A stretch of DNA of 64,000 nucleotides from a virus (taxonomy: Duplodnaviria; Caudoviricetes). The DNA lies in IMG/VR virus record IMGVR_UViG_3300028591_000166, positions 16,586 to 80,585 of that record. One strand, given 5' to 3'. The position numbers and the translations under genes were made by a program. Shown in pieces: positions 1 through 13,100 of the stretch; within the stretch, counting starts at the first letter, position 1; each line of letters begins with the position of its first letter. The notes below the pieces were generated by a model, which worked only from the letters and a program-made list of their open reading frames with translations, did no database searches and was not told the DNA's origin.

Positions 1-612
1 GATTGTATTATTATCGATAGTATGACACATTTCTGGAGTAAAGAAGGTGGTTTACTAGAACAGAAATCTATTGTAGATATGTCTGGTGGTAACAGCTATA
101 GTAACTGGTTAAATATAGGAATAAAACTTAATACAACTATTGAGTTAATTCTTAAATCATCTAAACATTATTTTATTACAGCAAGAGCTAAATCTGATAC
201 TGCATTAATAGCAGATAGTAAAGGTAAAATGGTACCTAAAACATTTGGTCTTAAACCAGATCTAAGAGATGGCTTTGATTTTGAATGTGATATTACATTT
301 AATATTGATAAAGAAGATCATAGCCTTTTAGTAGAAAAAGGTTTACCTGGTATGGAATCAACTTATGCTATGGCTACACCTGAACTCGGTAAATTATTAT
401 ATCAATTTGCTACAGATAAAGCAGTAGCACCTGTTAGAACTAAAGATGATATTTGTAAATCTATAAGAACATTATCTGCAAAATCACAAGAATTAATTAA
501 TTTTGTAGGACAAAAATTGTCTGGACGTAAATTAGATGATCTTGAAATAGACGCATTAACTTCATTAGAAAAGGAGGTTATTACTCTATTAAAGAAGGCT
601 CAAGCTAAATAG
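1..612 (+). CDS. P-loop ATPase, AAA_24/Sak4-like recombination ATPase; 5' end truncated by the window edge
   Basis: The frame is open from nt 1 (DCIIIDS-MTHFW). This gives a Walker B-like hhhhDS followed by THFW..EGG, T.RAK and GL.P..R.GF.FE.D, as I recall for phage AAA_24 proteins. Confidence 0.75.
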   Translation, partial: DCIIIDSMTHFWSKEGGLLEQKSIVDMSGGNSYSNWLNIGIKLNTTIELILKSSKHYFITARAKSDTALIADSKGKMVPKTFGLKPDLRDGFDFECDITFNIDKEDHSLLVEKGLPGMESTYAMATPELGKLLYQFATDKAVAPVRTKDDICKSIRTLSAKSQELINFVGQKLSGRKLDDLEIDALTSLEKEVITLLKKAQAK

Positions 613-620
613 TAGAGTAA

Positions 621-649
621 GAGCCATAGATATCTATGGCTCCTTTTCT
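621..649 (+). terminator. Perfect 22-bp palindrome followed by CTTTTCT; probable intrinsic terminator
   Basis: GAGCCATAGAT-ATCTATGGCTC at 621-642, directly after the ATPase stop codon. Confidence 0.6.
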
Positions 650-934
650 ATGACAGTAAAAGATTTTATAGAGTTTACATTTAATATTAATACTGAATTA
701 AGTATAGAATATTATGTAAATAATAAATTAACCACTTGGTATGATTTAAAAGAAAGATCTAAAGAATTAATAAAAGAAATTATTATATCTTATAAAACAA
801 AAGAACTAATAAAAGAAGATATTTTAGAATATAATAATTTAAATTTAGATAATGAATTAAATATACCTTGTGGTTGTTATAAAAATATTTTAAAGTTTAA
901 TATAATATTATATAAGGAGGAAAAATATGTATAA
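650..934 (+). CDS. Hypothetical protein (94 aa)
   Basis: From the ORF track. No clear RBS, but its stop overlaps the next gene start. Confidence 0.5.
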   Translation: MTVKDFIEFTFNINTELSIEYYVNNKLTTWYDLKERSKELIKEIIISYKTKELIKEDILEYNNLNLDNELNIPCGCYKNILKFNIILYKEEKYV

Positions 935-1103
935 TCCAGATGATAAAAAGATTAAGGTTATTAATGAATTAACCGAACAAGATTTTGAAAATATGGAAAA
1001 TGATTATGCAGAAACTATGATTGGTTCTGATGATGATTATGCAGAAACTATGATTGGTTCTGATGATGATTACTTAGCTATGTTAGAAAATTCAGAAGAA
1101 TAA
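927..1103 (+). CDS. Small acidic protein, 58 aa, not in the ORF track (MYNPDDKKIKVINELTEQDFENMENDYAETMIGSDDDYAETMIGSDDDYLAMLENSEE)
   Basis: AAGGAGG at 914-920, ATG at 927, TAA at 1101-1103. 19 of 58 residues are D/E. Confidence 0.8.
   Translation: MYNPDDKKIKVINELTEQDFENMENDYAETMIGSDDDYAETMIGSDDDYLAMLENSEE
1002..1072 (+). repeat. 33-bp exact tandem duplication, in frame (DYAETMIGSDD x2)
   Basis: GATTATGCAGAAACTATGATTGGTTCTGATGAT at 1002-1034 and 1035-1067, followed by a partial GATTA. Confidence 0.95.
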
Positions 1104-1108
1104 AAGTA

Positions 1109-1140
1109 AAGGCGTAGATTAATTTCTACGCCTTATTTTT
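1109..1140. terminator. Bidirectional intrinsic terminator between the convergent plus-strand operon and the giant gene
   Basis: Stem AAGGCGTAGA / TCTACGCCTT with a 6-nt loop, A-rich 5' flank and TTATTTTT 3' flank. Confidence 0.85.
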
Positions 1141-4100
1141 ATTTACGATATTTACTACGCATCGATCTTACAATTCTTTCCCATTGTATTTGTTTAACAA
1201 TATCATAAGGATTCTTTGATTGAGATCTATGTTTACCGTATTTAGTAAATAAATCTTTATAAATATTTTCATATTTAGTCCAACGTCCATTATTAGTTCG
1301 TCTATAATTATATGGTGTATATTTAGAATAACCATTAGTATAGTTATAATTACCTATAGTATTATATGAATCATAGTTATTATAATTATTATATTCAAAG
1401 AATAATGAATTTGAATTTCCTAAAGATTTTTGTGTTAATTGTACTTCACCATTTTTAATAGATATATGTTTTGGAGATACAACATTAGCTGCTTTGGTTA
1501 ATGCTCCAACTGTAGCAAGTTGTTGTATTGCTTGTTTAAAGTCTCCAGTATCTATCATTTTAGAAATTGCACGAAGAATAGGATTGTATCGTTGTGTTAT
1601 ATATTCTGATGAACTATTTAATAATGATTGTACATCCCACATACCATTACCTGCACGAACACCTATGTGTCTACCAATAGGTAACCAACCATTAGCTATC
1701 ATAAATTTAGTCCATTCATCATATTGACCATCTTCGTCTTGATATTGTCCATACATACCATCAATAATATCATCCATAAATACGGCAAATCGTGGATCTA
1801 ATATTCTATCACACCAGTCTCCTAATGCTCTCATAGGGAATGATATATAAGGAATATCAAACATAAGTTGTTTTTCAAATGGACTTCTTTGTCCGTAATT
1901 GAACCAAGTTCTTAACGACATAGCAACAGATTCATCAAATGTTTTATCATACATAGTACGATTAAATATAAAGTATGTAATACGTGCAACGTTTTCAGTT
2001 CGTTCTGTAAGATATTTATATAAAGGTGTCATTAAATTACCTTCAGTTATAAATTCAGCTAAATTTTTAGAATATTGTTTTTTAGTTTCTTTTAACATTT
2101 TTTGAATATCTTCAATAGATATTTCATTATTAAATGTATGATTAGTGTTTCTATATTCATCCATCATTCTATATAATGTTTCATATTGTTGTGCTTTAAG
2201 ATAATCGTTTTCAGCTTGTGTATTCATGAAAGCAGATACTTCAAATAACATTGCTTCTGCACCTTTTAAATCCGTTTGGTTGTCTTTAAATCTTTGAATT
2301 TTACTACATGCTTTTCGAGGTTGCATAGATTCTTTAGAAGCATCTATTCTAAATCCTTTAATTATTGTTCCATCTGGTTCAATAATATTATCATAAAGTC
2401 TATAGTATTCTGCGAAACTTATGTTCATAAGAAATTTAACTGCTTGTTGTAGATCATATGAATTTTGTACAGCTTTAAATATGTATTTTTCAGGTTCTTT
2501 ACTATTTAAAATATTAATACTTTTATCAATACCATTAATTAATTTTTCAATGTAATCTAAGTTATTCTGCATAGCTTTAGTAGTATTAGAATTATCAGTT
2601 AATGTATTAGTTATTTTTATATAAGATATTAATTTATCTTTTATAAGGTTCATTTTAGTTTCTATTAATTCTTTATTACTTTCTGTTTTAGCTAATTTTA
2701 TAATATCTTCATAATGCATATTAACTTCAGATAAAGTTAATATACGTTCATCATATACATATTGATATACGTTATATATTTGATCTGATAAATGATATAA
2801 ATTATGTAATTGTTTTATATTTAATTGAGAAGCATAACCTAATTGCCTTAGTTCTTCTGATTTTAATTGATATATAGTATCAGCCATATTACGTAATAAG
2901 AATCCTGAAGACATACGAAGTAATACTTTTTGAATACTATTAAGTATACCAATTACACGAGAGAATTTACCATCTAATTTATAAGGTTTAAATGAAAATT
3001 CATCTGCTTCCATAATATAGTTTATATTTGTAATACCTATTTCTGGAGCATTCTCTTTATTTTCAATAATTAAATCATAGATAGCTTTAAGATCTTTAGG
3101 TCCTCTTATCTGTAATTCAGTTAAAGTAGGTGTCATATATTTAGCATATATTCCATTATCAGATAAATCTAATTTATCAGATATACCGTTATATGTTTTA
3201 CCATTAAATGTAAATTTAATATCACTATCTTTAGTGTGTGTTTTTAAGAATGATGTTAATTCTTCTAATGTGTTAAATCTTAATTCTTGGTTTAATTTAT
3301 ATGAATTTCTTTTTGGTTTTTTACCTTGTTTTTCTACATCCCAGTTATGTAATACATCATCAGCATCTTTTTTAAAGAAATCATTTAAGCCTTTTAATAG
3401 TCCTTGTGATTCAGATTTATCAGGTTTTCTTATTACAGTTACTCTTAAAGATCTATAATTTTCTTTTAGATAATTCCAGAATGCATCAAAGTCAGGTTCT
3501 TGATTTCCTTTAGAATTCTTTTTAATAAATAAAGATAATTGATTTATAAATGGGACTTGGTAATTATCTAATTGCATTAATTTAGAATTATAGAAATCTT
3601 GAATATCCTCATTAGTTAATTCTTTATGAGTATTCATATTTATTGTACCATCGTTTAATAATTCACCTTTAGATGTTTTTAAGAATGATAATAATCCACC
3701 GATGTTTTCTGATAAAGCCCAATCTATAGCCATATGTTTATCTTTTTCTATATCATCAAGATAATTATTTTTTTCTAGATTAAGTGATTTCCTGAGTTTA
3801 TCTTTATCGTTATTATTTAAGAATGTATTTAATTTATTAATTTCAAATTCTTTTATTGATTGTAATTTTTCTAGTTTATCTCTTGTTTTTATAAGTTTGT
3901 TCTTTTGTTGTTCTAGTTTTCTTAATTCAAAGAATGCTTTTGTTATGTTCTTTTCTGTAGGTTTTAAGAATATAGATCTTGTGTCTGCATAATCTTCTAT
4001 TATTTCATGTATAATTTGTTCCCATGAATCATTATGTCTAGTAGGTGTATTAACAAGATCTTCAATTTGTTTAGCTGTAGTTTTATAAATAGATTCTTCT

Positions 4101-7100
4101 AATTTTATTTCATTTATAAAATTAATTAAATTATCGGCTAAAGTTATTTGTTGATTAGATAAATATAATTGTGTATCATTTAATGATTTTAATACATCGT
4201 GAACAAATTGTGGTCTTAATTTATTTACCTCATTGCTGTCTTCTTTCATATTACCGTTAGCGATACTTTCGATACGGTCCCATAGATTATCATATTGTTT
4301 ATTTAAATCATATGCTTCTTTAATATCACGAAGTTCTCCTGATAATAAGTATAAATCAGAGTCAACATCATCTACACCTAATAAGTAATTTATTATAGCT
4401 TTTTCTTTTTCATCTCCATCTTTAATTAAGGCATAATTTAATCGTCTAAAACTATCTCTATCTAAGTAGATACTACCAAGATACATTTCCATTAAACATT
4501 TAGTTTGTTTTAATATAGGTATATTTATGTTTGTTTTAGTATAGAATGTATTAATGCCTGCATTTCTTAAGACATTGTTTGCTTCGTTTAAATGAGTAAA
4601 GCCATTTATTATAGCATATATAATTCTGTATAATGGGATATCATACTTACGTAGTACCATTATATTTTCGTATAAATTTTCTTTAGTGTTTTTATTTAAG
4701 TTATTGAAATTAATTAATTTATTATTTTCATCAGTTAATAAATTTTCTAAATTACTTATAGCATCTTCTACCTTACTATATGCTTGAGTATTATTACTTA
4801 AATAATCTTCTTTAAATAATTGTTTTCTTATTCCATAAGTTATAGATTTTTGTAGATTGTTGTACTCGTCTGAATTATGTAATAATGATTCTTTATAATT
4901 ATCTACTTTATATTTTTCTGAAGCATGTGCGTCTCTCATTGTACTAATATAGTCATCATTAAAATTAAAATCAATATCATCATCACGTATTTTACTTAAA
5001 CCCATTGCGACTGTTTTATCTTGTGATATACCACCACCTATAGTAATTTTACGGATAGCATAGTTCTTTTTAAAGTCTCTTGTACTTGTAATATATTCTA
5101 AGAATTTAGATTCAGGATTAAATATTATAGTTCCGTGTTTTGATAAAGATATTGGACCTTGTGCTAGATCAGATAACATTTTAGATAATTGTCTAGTTAA
5201 TACAACTTGATTTAAATATTGGTCGGCAAGATTATCTACATAATTTTTCTTTTCTTCGGTTGTGCTTAGATTGTTTATTAATCTAAACTGAGTGTTAAAG
5301 TCAGAACCAAAGATAGAAGCAGCAAGGATCTTTTTCATAAATGGTGCTACTTTATTATTATTGTCATCTCTTATTGTGTTTTTAAGAGATGTTAAATATA
5401 AATCCGTGTCTCCAGAATTATCGTCACTTATGAATGAAGTATTTATTAAAAGATTTTTAAGATCACTATATGTTGCATCGCTATTGTTTAAGAAGTCTAT
5501 TACTGTATACATGTCTATTTTTATTCTATTGTAATCCAAGAATGAATCTTCAATAAATTGTAATACTTCTTTTTTATTTAGTGCTTTACTAGCATCATTA
5601 AATACAGATAATTTTTTAAGTTCTGTTTCTAATTTTTTAATATATTCTTTTTCATTGTTTTTAATATATTTGATTTTTAATAGATTCGGTATTAAGTTTT
5701 GTATATTATCTTTCTTTGCTGCAGCCTCAATAAGTTTTAATGGTGTTACTACAACTATACCATTTTGTTCTGCTTCGATATTATAATTTACTGTCCAATT
5801 ATTATTCCCTTCAGCATCTCTACCATTATTTTCATTGAGTTCATCGAACATGTTTTCAGCTGCACCACCATTTATATCTTTACGTTGTCCACCTACCATA
5901 TTAATACCTAATTTAGATAAACGACCACGTTGTAAAGTTATAGCAGTAGCCTCATTTATGATCTTACGTTTAGTTGCTGCGATATTATTATCTCCAAACG
6001 CTTTAGCTAGTTCTGATGAATCTCCATTTTCACTAAGTTGTCTAGTTATATAATTATTAACTATACGCATCTTATCTATTTCATCTTTATGTTTTTCATA
6101 GAAATCTTCCATACCTTTTTTATTTTTTAAAGAATAATTTGTAAATTCACTATTGGTTGTTTCGCCACCAGTTTGTTTAAGTATGTATGCACTTATCCAG
6201 AAACTGTAAGTATTTTCAATATCTGTAGTTGTATCTTTATGCTCTAATTGTGTTAAAGTTGTATCGTCACTATTAAAGTTTTTACTTAGTTTAGTATATA
6301 GATCTTCATCAGTTATTAATTGGAATAATTCACACCAAGCATAATGAGCTTTATTACCTCTTATTTTTTTATCTCCTTCACCTTTTGCTGCAAGTTTACC
6401 GTAGAAAGCGTGACGCATATCAGAACTTTCGTATGAATCTAATACATCAGTTAAGTTATTATTAGTATCTTTTTTAATATTATAACTATCTTCATTAACA
6501 TCTGTAAAATATCCTTTATCATAATATTCTGGCTTAGATGCATCTAGTTTTTGTAGTAATCCATCTTTAGTTATAGATGATTTATCAACAGGAATAAACG
6601 TTGCAGTGTCACCATCATTGTCACCACCTATCATTTTATATAAATATGTATAACATTCAGTGGCAGGATGTAAAGAAGCACCAACAACTTTAACAATAGG
6701 AACTGCATTATAGTCTTGGACAGGTACACGAATAGCGAATACAGACATTATTGTTTGTTTTAAATCATGATTTATATTTTTAATACCATCAATAGATACT
6801 AATTTTTTGATACCAGCAATAGATTTATAAATAGGGTGTATTAATTCATAGTTAGTATATATATTACCATTGTTATCTTTAGTAGTAGGATAAACACCAC
6901 TATTTATTAGTTGATTAATTGCTTCTACTTTTTCATTTGTACTTAAATTATTTATAGAATTAATATCTTCTTTGTATGGTATAAGTTCTAATGTATGATG
7001 GATATTTTTATCTTTTAACAGTTCTTGTAATTGGTTATAAGGTAGTTTTATTTCACCTAGTTTTAATGATGTATTTGCTACTATTTGGCTTCGTGATGCA

Positions 7101-10100
7101 ATATGTCTCGCATACTGTAATCTATAACCTAGACCTCTATCTGATATTAATTCTTTCGCTGCTTTAATACGGATAGCTTTGTCTATATTAATTGCTCTGA
7201 TTTGTGAGAATTCTTGGTCTATGTCTTTATAATAATCAAACATAAATTTAAAGTAATTTATAAAGTCTTTATTATAATATTGAGATATTAATTGGTTATT
7301 GTTTAATTGTTGTATAAATTTTATTGCAAGATTTTCTTTTCCACTTTCAGATAATTCATTAGGTTCTGTAATTTTTTCTTCTTTTAATGCTGCATCGATG
7401 TTATTTTCAATAAACTCTTTTATATCTTCATCATATTGTTTTAATCCATTTATACTTAGACTATTTACAAGGTTAGTTAGTCTCTTAGTGACATCATTTT
7501 CTAATACATATTTACGCCAATTATATCCTACCTTTTGTGAAAGAATTAAATCTAAAGAATATGATAACATACCACCAGATTCTATAGAACCCTTATTATC
7601 TCTTTCTGCATATGTTAGTGTTCCATCACCTTTATAAGTAGGATTTGTTTGTTTATGTTTTGCATAGTTCTCAGTATCTATTCTTATATATGCTGTACCA
7701 GACCATGCGCCACCAATGTATTCAATAGCTTTAGAAGATTCAGTACCATCATCATAGTATCTATATACATCTTCGATAGCATTGTTATTCGCATTTGTAA
7801 GATTTAAAGTTTTTCTAATTACAGTTGTATAGTCTTCAATACCATTTGTTTTGAAATAGTTTTCTATATCTGTTTCTGGATTAACTACTATTTTATTATT
7901 TACTATTGCTATATCATATTGTTTAGCATCTTCATAAGTATTACATTTATGTATATTATTTTCAATAAATGATAATATTGATTCTTTGGTTTTGTTATCT
8001 ATTTTAATAGTATTTGAGAACAATTCACTTTGATCAATATATCCTAGTTTATAATCAAGCATCTTGTTTAATGCAAGTTCGAGTAACATTCCATATGTTC
8101 CACGTTTTATAATGGACTCACCAGTTGCTACGAAATTTGTACCATATTGTTTAGCTAATCCTTTAATATATTTTACGGCGCCTTTATAACCTGCACCTGC
8201 CCATATTTTAGAACCTTCTTCAATACCCATAAGGATTGCGTAATCTTCATCTACGAGCATAGTATCTTCAAAAGCACGTGGATCATTAACATAGGTTATA
8301 GTAGTATTAACTCCTTGTTTAGAGTATGTTCCATTATTATAATTTTTACTGTTGTTGAGTGTTTCAACATGTGGTGTAAATGCATCTCTGTCTTTATTGT
8401 GACCTTTTATAACTATTTCATCATACCTTTTTTTAGTTTCTTCATCTATTTCTTTTTTACGTTCTTTTAAATAATTATTTATTTGTTCATCTGTTATGTC
8501 TGGATTTAATTCTTTTATAGATTCTTTTTCTTTTTCTATTAATTTACTTCTCCAGTTAATATATTCTTTGCTATTATCTGGTAGTTGCAAATATGATGTT
8601 AGGTTAATGTTATTAGAATCACCAATACGTTCATCTAAATATAAATCATTAATAATTTTTAAAGGTGTGTATCTAGCAGTAATAAGTTTACTTATTAAGA
8701 CTAAACGTACAGAGTTTGTGTTTGCTGAAAATAATGCTTCAGGTGTTAACATATCTTTAATTGTAAATACGTTACCCATACTACCTTCAGATGCCTCAGT
8801 TGCTGCGATATCTAATCCTGTACCATCAACATTTTTTAAATCCTCAGCAGTATATGTAATAATTTCAGAACCATTTGCAAATTCATCAGGTATACCATTT
8901 AATATTTTTCCAGGATCTAACGCTGTGTATTTTCCTAAGAGTTTATTCATAATACCTAAATAAACATTTGATAGATTGTTATATCCGCCTTCACCCTGAT
9001 TAGAATAATTTATAACTGATGTCCAATCTAGGAATTTGTCTATAGATTCTTGTGTAATATTTACTAATTTTAATTTCTTTATAGGTACATTAGTTACAGG
9101 TGTTGCCTTTGTTAGTGCATTTGGATCTTTAATAAAGTTTAATAATTTATTAGCTGCTTCATACCCTGTATCAGTGAAACCATAATTACTGAATTTTAAT
9201 CTTGATGCATTAATATGTATACCTTGTTTACTATCATTTTTAAGGAAATTATAGAAATTATAACTTTGGTTACATGTGTTTTCAAAATCTTCTAAACTAT
9301 TAAATTTAATAGTTTTAATTTGTGGTTTCTCTAGTTCTTCACCTTTTAAATTGTATGCGTAATTTATTTCAACATTTTGGAATTTATATGAACCGTCTTT
9401 ATTAACTTTCATTGAACATTTACATAATGTGTTATTGTACGAATCACTTGTAATGAATGTAACATATTTATCTTCATCTTCTTCTGCTCTTAAACTATTT
9501 ACAGCATTGACATACAATGTATCATCTCTTAGTTTCCAAGCATATTGGTCGTTGTTGGATCTTAGTGTAGGTAAAACAAATGTTGAACCACAATAATTAT
9601 ATGCTTCTCTAGCAACATCACTATTAGGATCTATTCTAGTACTTGCAACTTTGTTGTATTCTTTTATTTCATTTGTGTCTGTAGTTATATATGTTTTAGT
9701 TGCATTATTATTATATAGTAGATCACTGTCTAGACGTGTTAATGCTTTACTTATTTCATTACTGTCACCGACTATATCAAGAGTTTCTTTGATATAAGTA
9801 TCTATAGCTTTGGTTATGTCTTTGTATAGTATTGTAGATGTATCATTTTCAGATTGTGGTACAAAGTCTAGATTACTTATAAAGTCTATAATGTTATTTG
9901 TTTTTATTATTTCGTTATCGAAGAATGAAATCATTGTATCGTACATAGGTTGGAATAGTTTTACATTATTTATACCTTCCATAGCTTTAGATGTATTATA
10001 AAGAGGTTCTAAATTATTAATTATAATAGAAGTTATTTCTTCTAAATCAAAGTTATTTGCTACTTTAGTATTTGTTTTATTTTTATTATCGATAATTTTT

Positions 10101-13100
10101 GATATTAATTCAAAATTATCTTTAATTTTTTCTACAGAATCTACTGTTGTAAATTTATTTTTAACATCTTTGAATATTCCTAAGTTGTCAATCTTCTTTT
10201 GTAATCCTTCGATTATATTATTATACTTAGTAATCAATCCTTCTTTATATGTGTTGACATACTTGTTTATATCATCTAATACTTCTTGTTTTATATTTTC
10301 TTTTTGAAGTTCTTCATTCAATTCTTCAGCTTTCTTTTTGTTTTCTGTGTATTCCTTAATATATTTTTTAAGTAATTTTATTGTATTATCACGATCTTTA
10401 TTAGTTTTTATACTATTGACATCTATTAAGGACTGTGTATCTTTAAGGTATCGGGTTATGTCTTGATCTTTTACGCTGATATCACTATCTTTAGCTGATT
10501 TAAGTGCTTTAACAAATGTCTTTAAATTTGATAAACATTGTTTTAGTCTAAGGCTTGATTGATCAAATGCGTATTTGGCATTTACATAACTTGTAGTACT
10601 TCTTAATTCTAATTTTTTATTTGTTATACGTGAAGATAATTGTGCATTAATATCTTCTAAAGCCTTACCACGAAGTTTTTCTATTACACCATTATAATAT
10701 GTTTCTAGTTTTGTAAGCCTTTCTACAATTTCATCATATGCTTTAGAATTTTCTTTTATCATCAGTTCGGTACTTGCTATATCTTTAGACATTTGTTCAT
10801 TTAGTGCCTTCAGCTCATCTAATTCTTTAGTTCTTTCTTTAGTGAACTTAAGTATGTCATCTTTAGTCATGTCAGTTTCTAATAAATCAATAGTAGTATC
10901 AATACTTTTAATGATTCTATTTTTAGCTATTATGCGATCTTGTAAAGATGTGTTATTTAATTTATTGTCGGATATATCATCATTAAATAAATCTTTAACA
11001 ATTTCTTTAGTTAGTTTTTCACATGTTTCATATTTAGGACTACTAATAACTTTTAGTGCACCGTTGATGTTGTTATCATATGCCTCAAATACTTTGTCAT
11101 ATAATACACCTAAAGATATTTTTAGATCAGATTTATCTGTTTCTGTAACATTATCTTTATTAGTAATAATAATGTCGTACATTTCTTGAATACATGTTTC
11201 TTTAGGATATTCTGTAGGAGTATTAAAAGACTTGTAGAGTTTATCTTTTATAATATTGTATTGGCTGTTAGGGTTATTAAACATATCATTTACTTGTGTG
11301 TCATTAAGTATAATACCTGTTGTAAGTGCAATTTGTTTTTTATATTCTGATGTAACTCTTGCTCTAACTATTGCTACATATAAATTACGTACAGCTTCTT
11401 CTATCTTTCTTTGACCTATAGTAGTAGATACTTTTTTCATTCTTAATTCATCTATAGCATCTTCTAATGCTTTATAGTATTCATTTACTTGTTCATCGTT
11501 AGAGTAATTTATAGTTCCATTATTTGTGATTTTAGCAATAATTTGTTTAGGCTCATATTTTTGGTAGCATAAATAGAATTCATTTCTAATTAATCTTGAT
11601 ACGTAAGATTGTATAAAATCATTGTATTTATGGAAATCAAATTGTTTACCATTATGTGCAATTATAGGACAGTCTGTAGAAACTAATGCGTGTAAAATTA
11701 CTTTAGTACTATATAGTGTGTTTTTAGTTTCCGATAATTTAATACGTAATTTTTCAAATTTATTTTTATAGTAAGTTTCTAGTTTATCATTTAGGTATTC
11801 TTCTTGATTAGATGCATTTTTATATGAATCTGTTGTTTTAATTTTTTCTATTTCTTTTTCTGTTTCAGTAGATTTACTCCATATATTTTTTTGCTGTTTG
11901 TAGAACTTCATTAAATCATCACCATAGGAAATACTACCGTCATTATTTTTGATAATATCATTTACTACAGGATTACTATAATAAGTATTGATCATGTTTT
12001 TAACCACACCATTTTCTACTTGTATTAGTGTTATTTGGTATGGTGTAGAATCATATTCATCTATACTAGGTAATGTTTCCATATCCATGATGTAATATGA
12101 TGATGTGTTCATTGCTTTTATAATATTATCTATATTATTTTCTACACCGTTAAGTTTATTGATTTGACGGCCTTTTTGGAATATATAATTAAGGAATGTT
12201 ATTACAGTGTCTGTTGCAGCATCATGAAGTTCAGGATCTTCAGTATTTGTTGTTAGTTTTTTATTTGGATCTAAGTTATATTTATCTATAAGATTGTACG
12301 CTAAGTTGATTGCTTCTTCTTCTGTAGCATTTTTATCTAAACCATAATATGTTTTAAACAGACCTATATTAGTATTTTTACCTTTTTCTTTCGCTTCATC
12401 ATAAATATATTGACTGTCGATATAATTTTCTTTGGCTTCTTTATATTCCTTTTCAGCAACTTCTAATAAATTTTTTAACTCTTTTATTTCTTTTTCTTTT
12501 TTATCTATGTTGTTATCACTGCTATCTCCATAAGCATCTTTAAATTGTTGATAGATTTCAAATTCTTTTTCAAGTTTTTTCTTTTCATTTTTAAGTTTTT
12601 CATCTTGATCTGTGTTGAATCTATCATAGTAATTATTTATAAAGTCTTTATTATTAATATCTTCATTTAAAACAAGAGTATTATTTTCTAAGTCATTTAA
12701 GTATGAATCTAAAATATATTTTGCTGCATCATAATATTTAGATTTAGGACTAATTGTATTAAGGTTATTTAGACCTGAAATAGATCTTATGTAAGATGTG
12801 TTATTACGGTATTGATTAGCAGCTACTTCCATGTCATCTATATGTTCAGCATCTATTAATTTTAATATATCGTTTGCTTGATTGAGTTGATAATCGTGGT
12901 ATAATCCTAATGCTTTATTTATATCTAAATCTTTTAAACCTGTAGCTTTTTGTAATTTTTCTAGACCGTTTTGTTTTAGAGTTATTTTTTTATTTTTAAT
13001 TTCAAAACAATTAGATATTAAAGATGGTTTTAAAGCGCTTAGAACTTTTTTATCTTCTACACTGTAAGAGAATTTATTAATTATTTCTCTAATTAGTACC

